Of a stretch of 64,000 bases of DNA, positions 63,580 through 64,000 are shown piece after piece. This DNA comes from Raillietiella orientalis (Eukaryota), in NCBI GenBank assembly GCA_036172245.1, contig JAYWIR010000050.1:124001-188000 (forward strand). Reading direction: 5' to 3'. A model generated the notes under the pieces. The model searched no databases. It was not told the DNA's origin and was given only the letters and a program-made list of their open reading frames with translations. How positions within the stretch are numbered: position 1 is the first letter of the stretch; every line of letters begins with the position of its first letter. Position numbers and translations under genes: made by a program.

Positions 63580-64000
63580 AGATCGTGCGCGACCGCCAAG
63601 GCACCCGGCGCTTCCTCAGGCCGAATGCAGCGACGCCTAGCCCTGGCAGCCGCAGATGCGGTTGCCTGGCTGTCGTGCGCCACGCGTCGCTGCATTTCGA
63701 ACCACGTGAGCGCGAAGAACAGCTTCGCTTCAATGGACCGTCCGGGTACAGCGTAGGACTGTTCCGGCCTCACCACTGATGCCGCGCTCCTGCCTAGGCG
63801 CTCGACCCACCGCCTGGAGAACAACTTGACGTCCGAATTCACGAAGGTGAATGGACGCCAATTGCTTAATTGGTGCATGTCTCCGCCTTTCGGCAAGAGA
63901 CGCACCCTTGCTGAGCGGAACGAGGCCGGGACATTGCCCGTCTCTCGCATCAGCGAAGAAAGTCTCAGCACCGGGGGGATGAGTTCTTCCGCGAAGCACT
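63580..64000 (-). mobile_element. Family A RT N-terminal motifs, broken at the first catalytic Asp motif; runs off the window
   Basis: LLPKGGDMHQLSNWRPFTFVNSDVKLF, PEQSYAVPGRS and GALAVAHDL. Confidence 0.92.

Noticed and set aside
1..64000. CRISPR array, retron, DGR or group II intron
   Set aside because: No repeat-spacer array. The RTs come with APE endonuclease, CCHC ORF1 and a C-terminal zinc finger, which identifies eukaryotic LINEs.
1..64000. Telomeric arrays or rRNA genes
   Set aside because: No tandem telomere-like repeats or conserved rRNA segments noticed.

Overview
Eukaryotic DNA (GT-AG introns, no operons) dominated by decayed L1-superfamily (Tx1-like) non-LTR retrotransposons from at least two families. 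No complete element is present; there are fragments of ORF1 (CCHC knuckles), APE endonuclease, RT and the C-terminal zinc finger. The main structure is a set of nested inverted repeats covering at least 1-47806. Near-identical ~9.8-kb arms (9084-18910 / 23269-33073) flank a unique 4358-bp core. More diverged outer arms lie at 1-1948 / 45860-47806 and 3425-8139 / 39845-44596. The left side is a patchwork of inverted copies of non-adjacent right-side loci joined at microhomologies. The layout resembles an inverted-repeat regional centromere or an invertible locus, but that is inference. Other signals: a four-copy 644-bp repeat with a conversion tract, a 46-bp perfect palindrome, a conserved ~31-nt 3'-UTR motif in the LINEs, recurrent head-to-head ORF1/RT junctions, and a small island with one or two spliced genes at ~49.4-52.2 kb. 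Most short ORFs in the track are antisense shadows or mirror duplicates. All alignments were done by eye, so relic boundaries are approximate.
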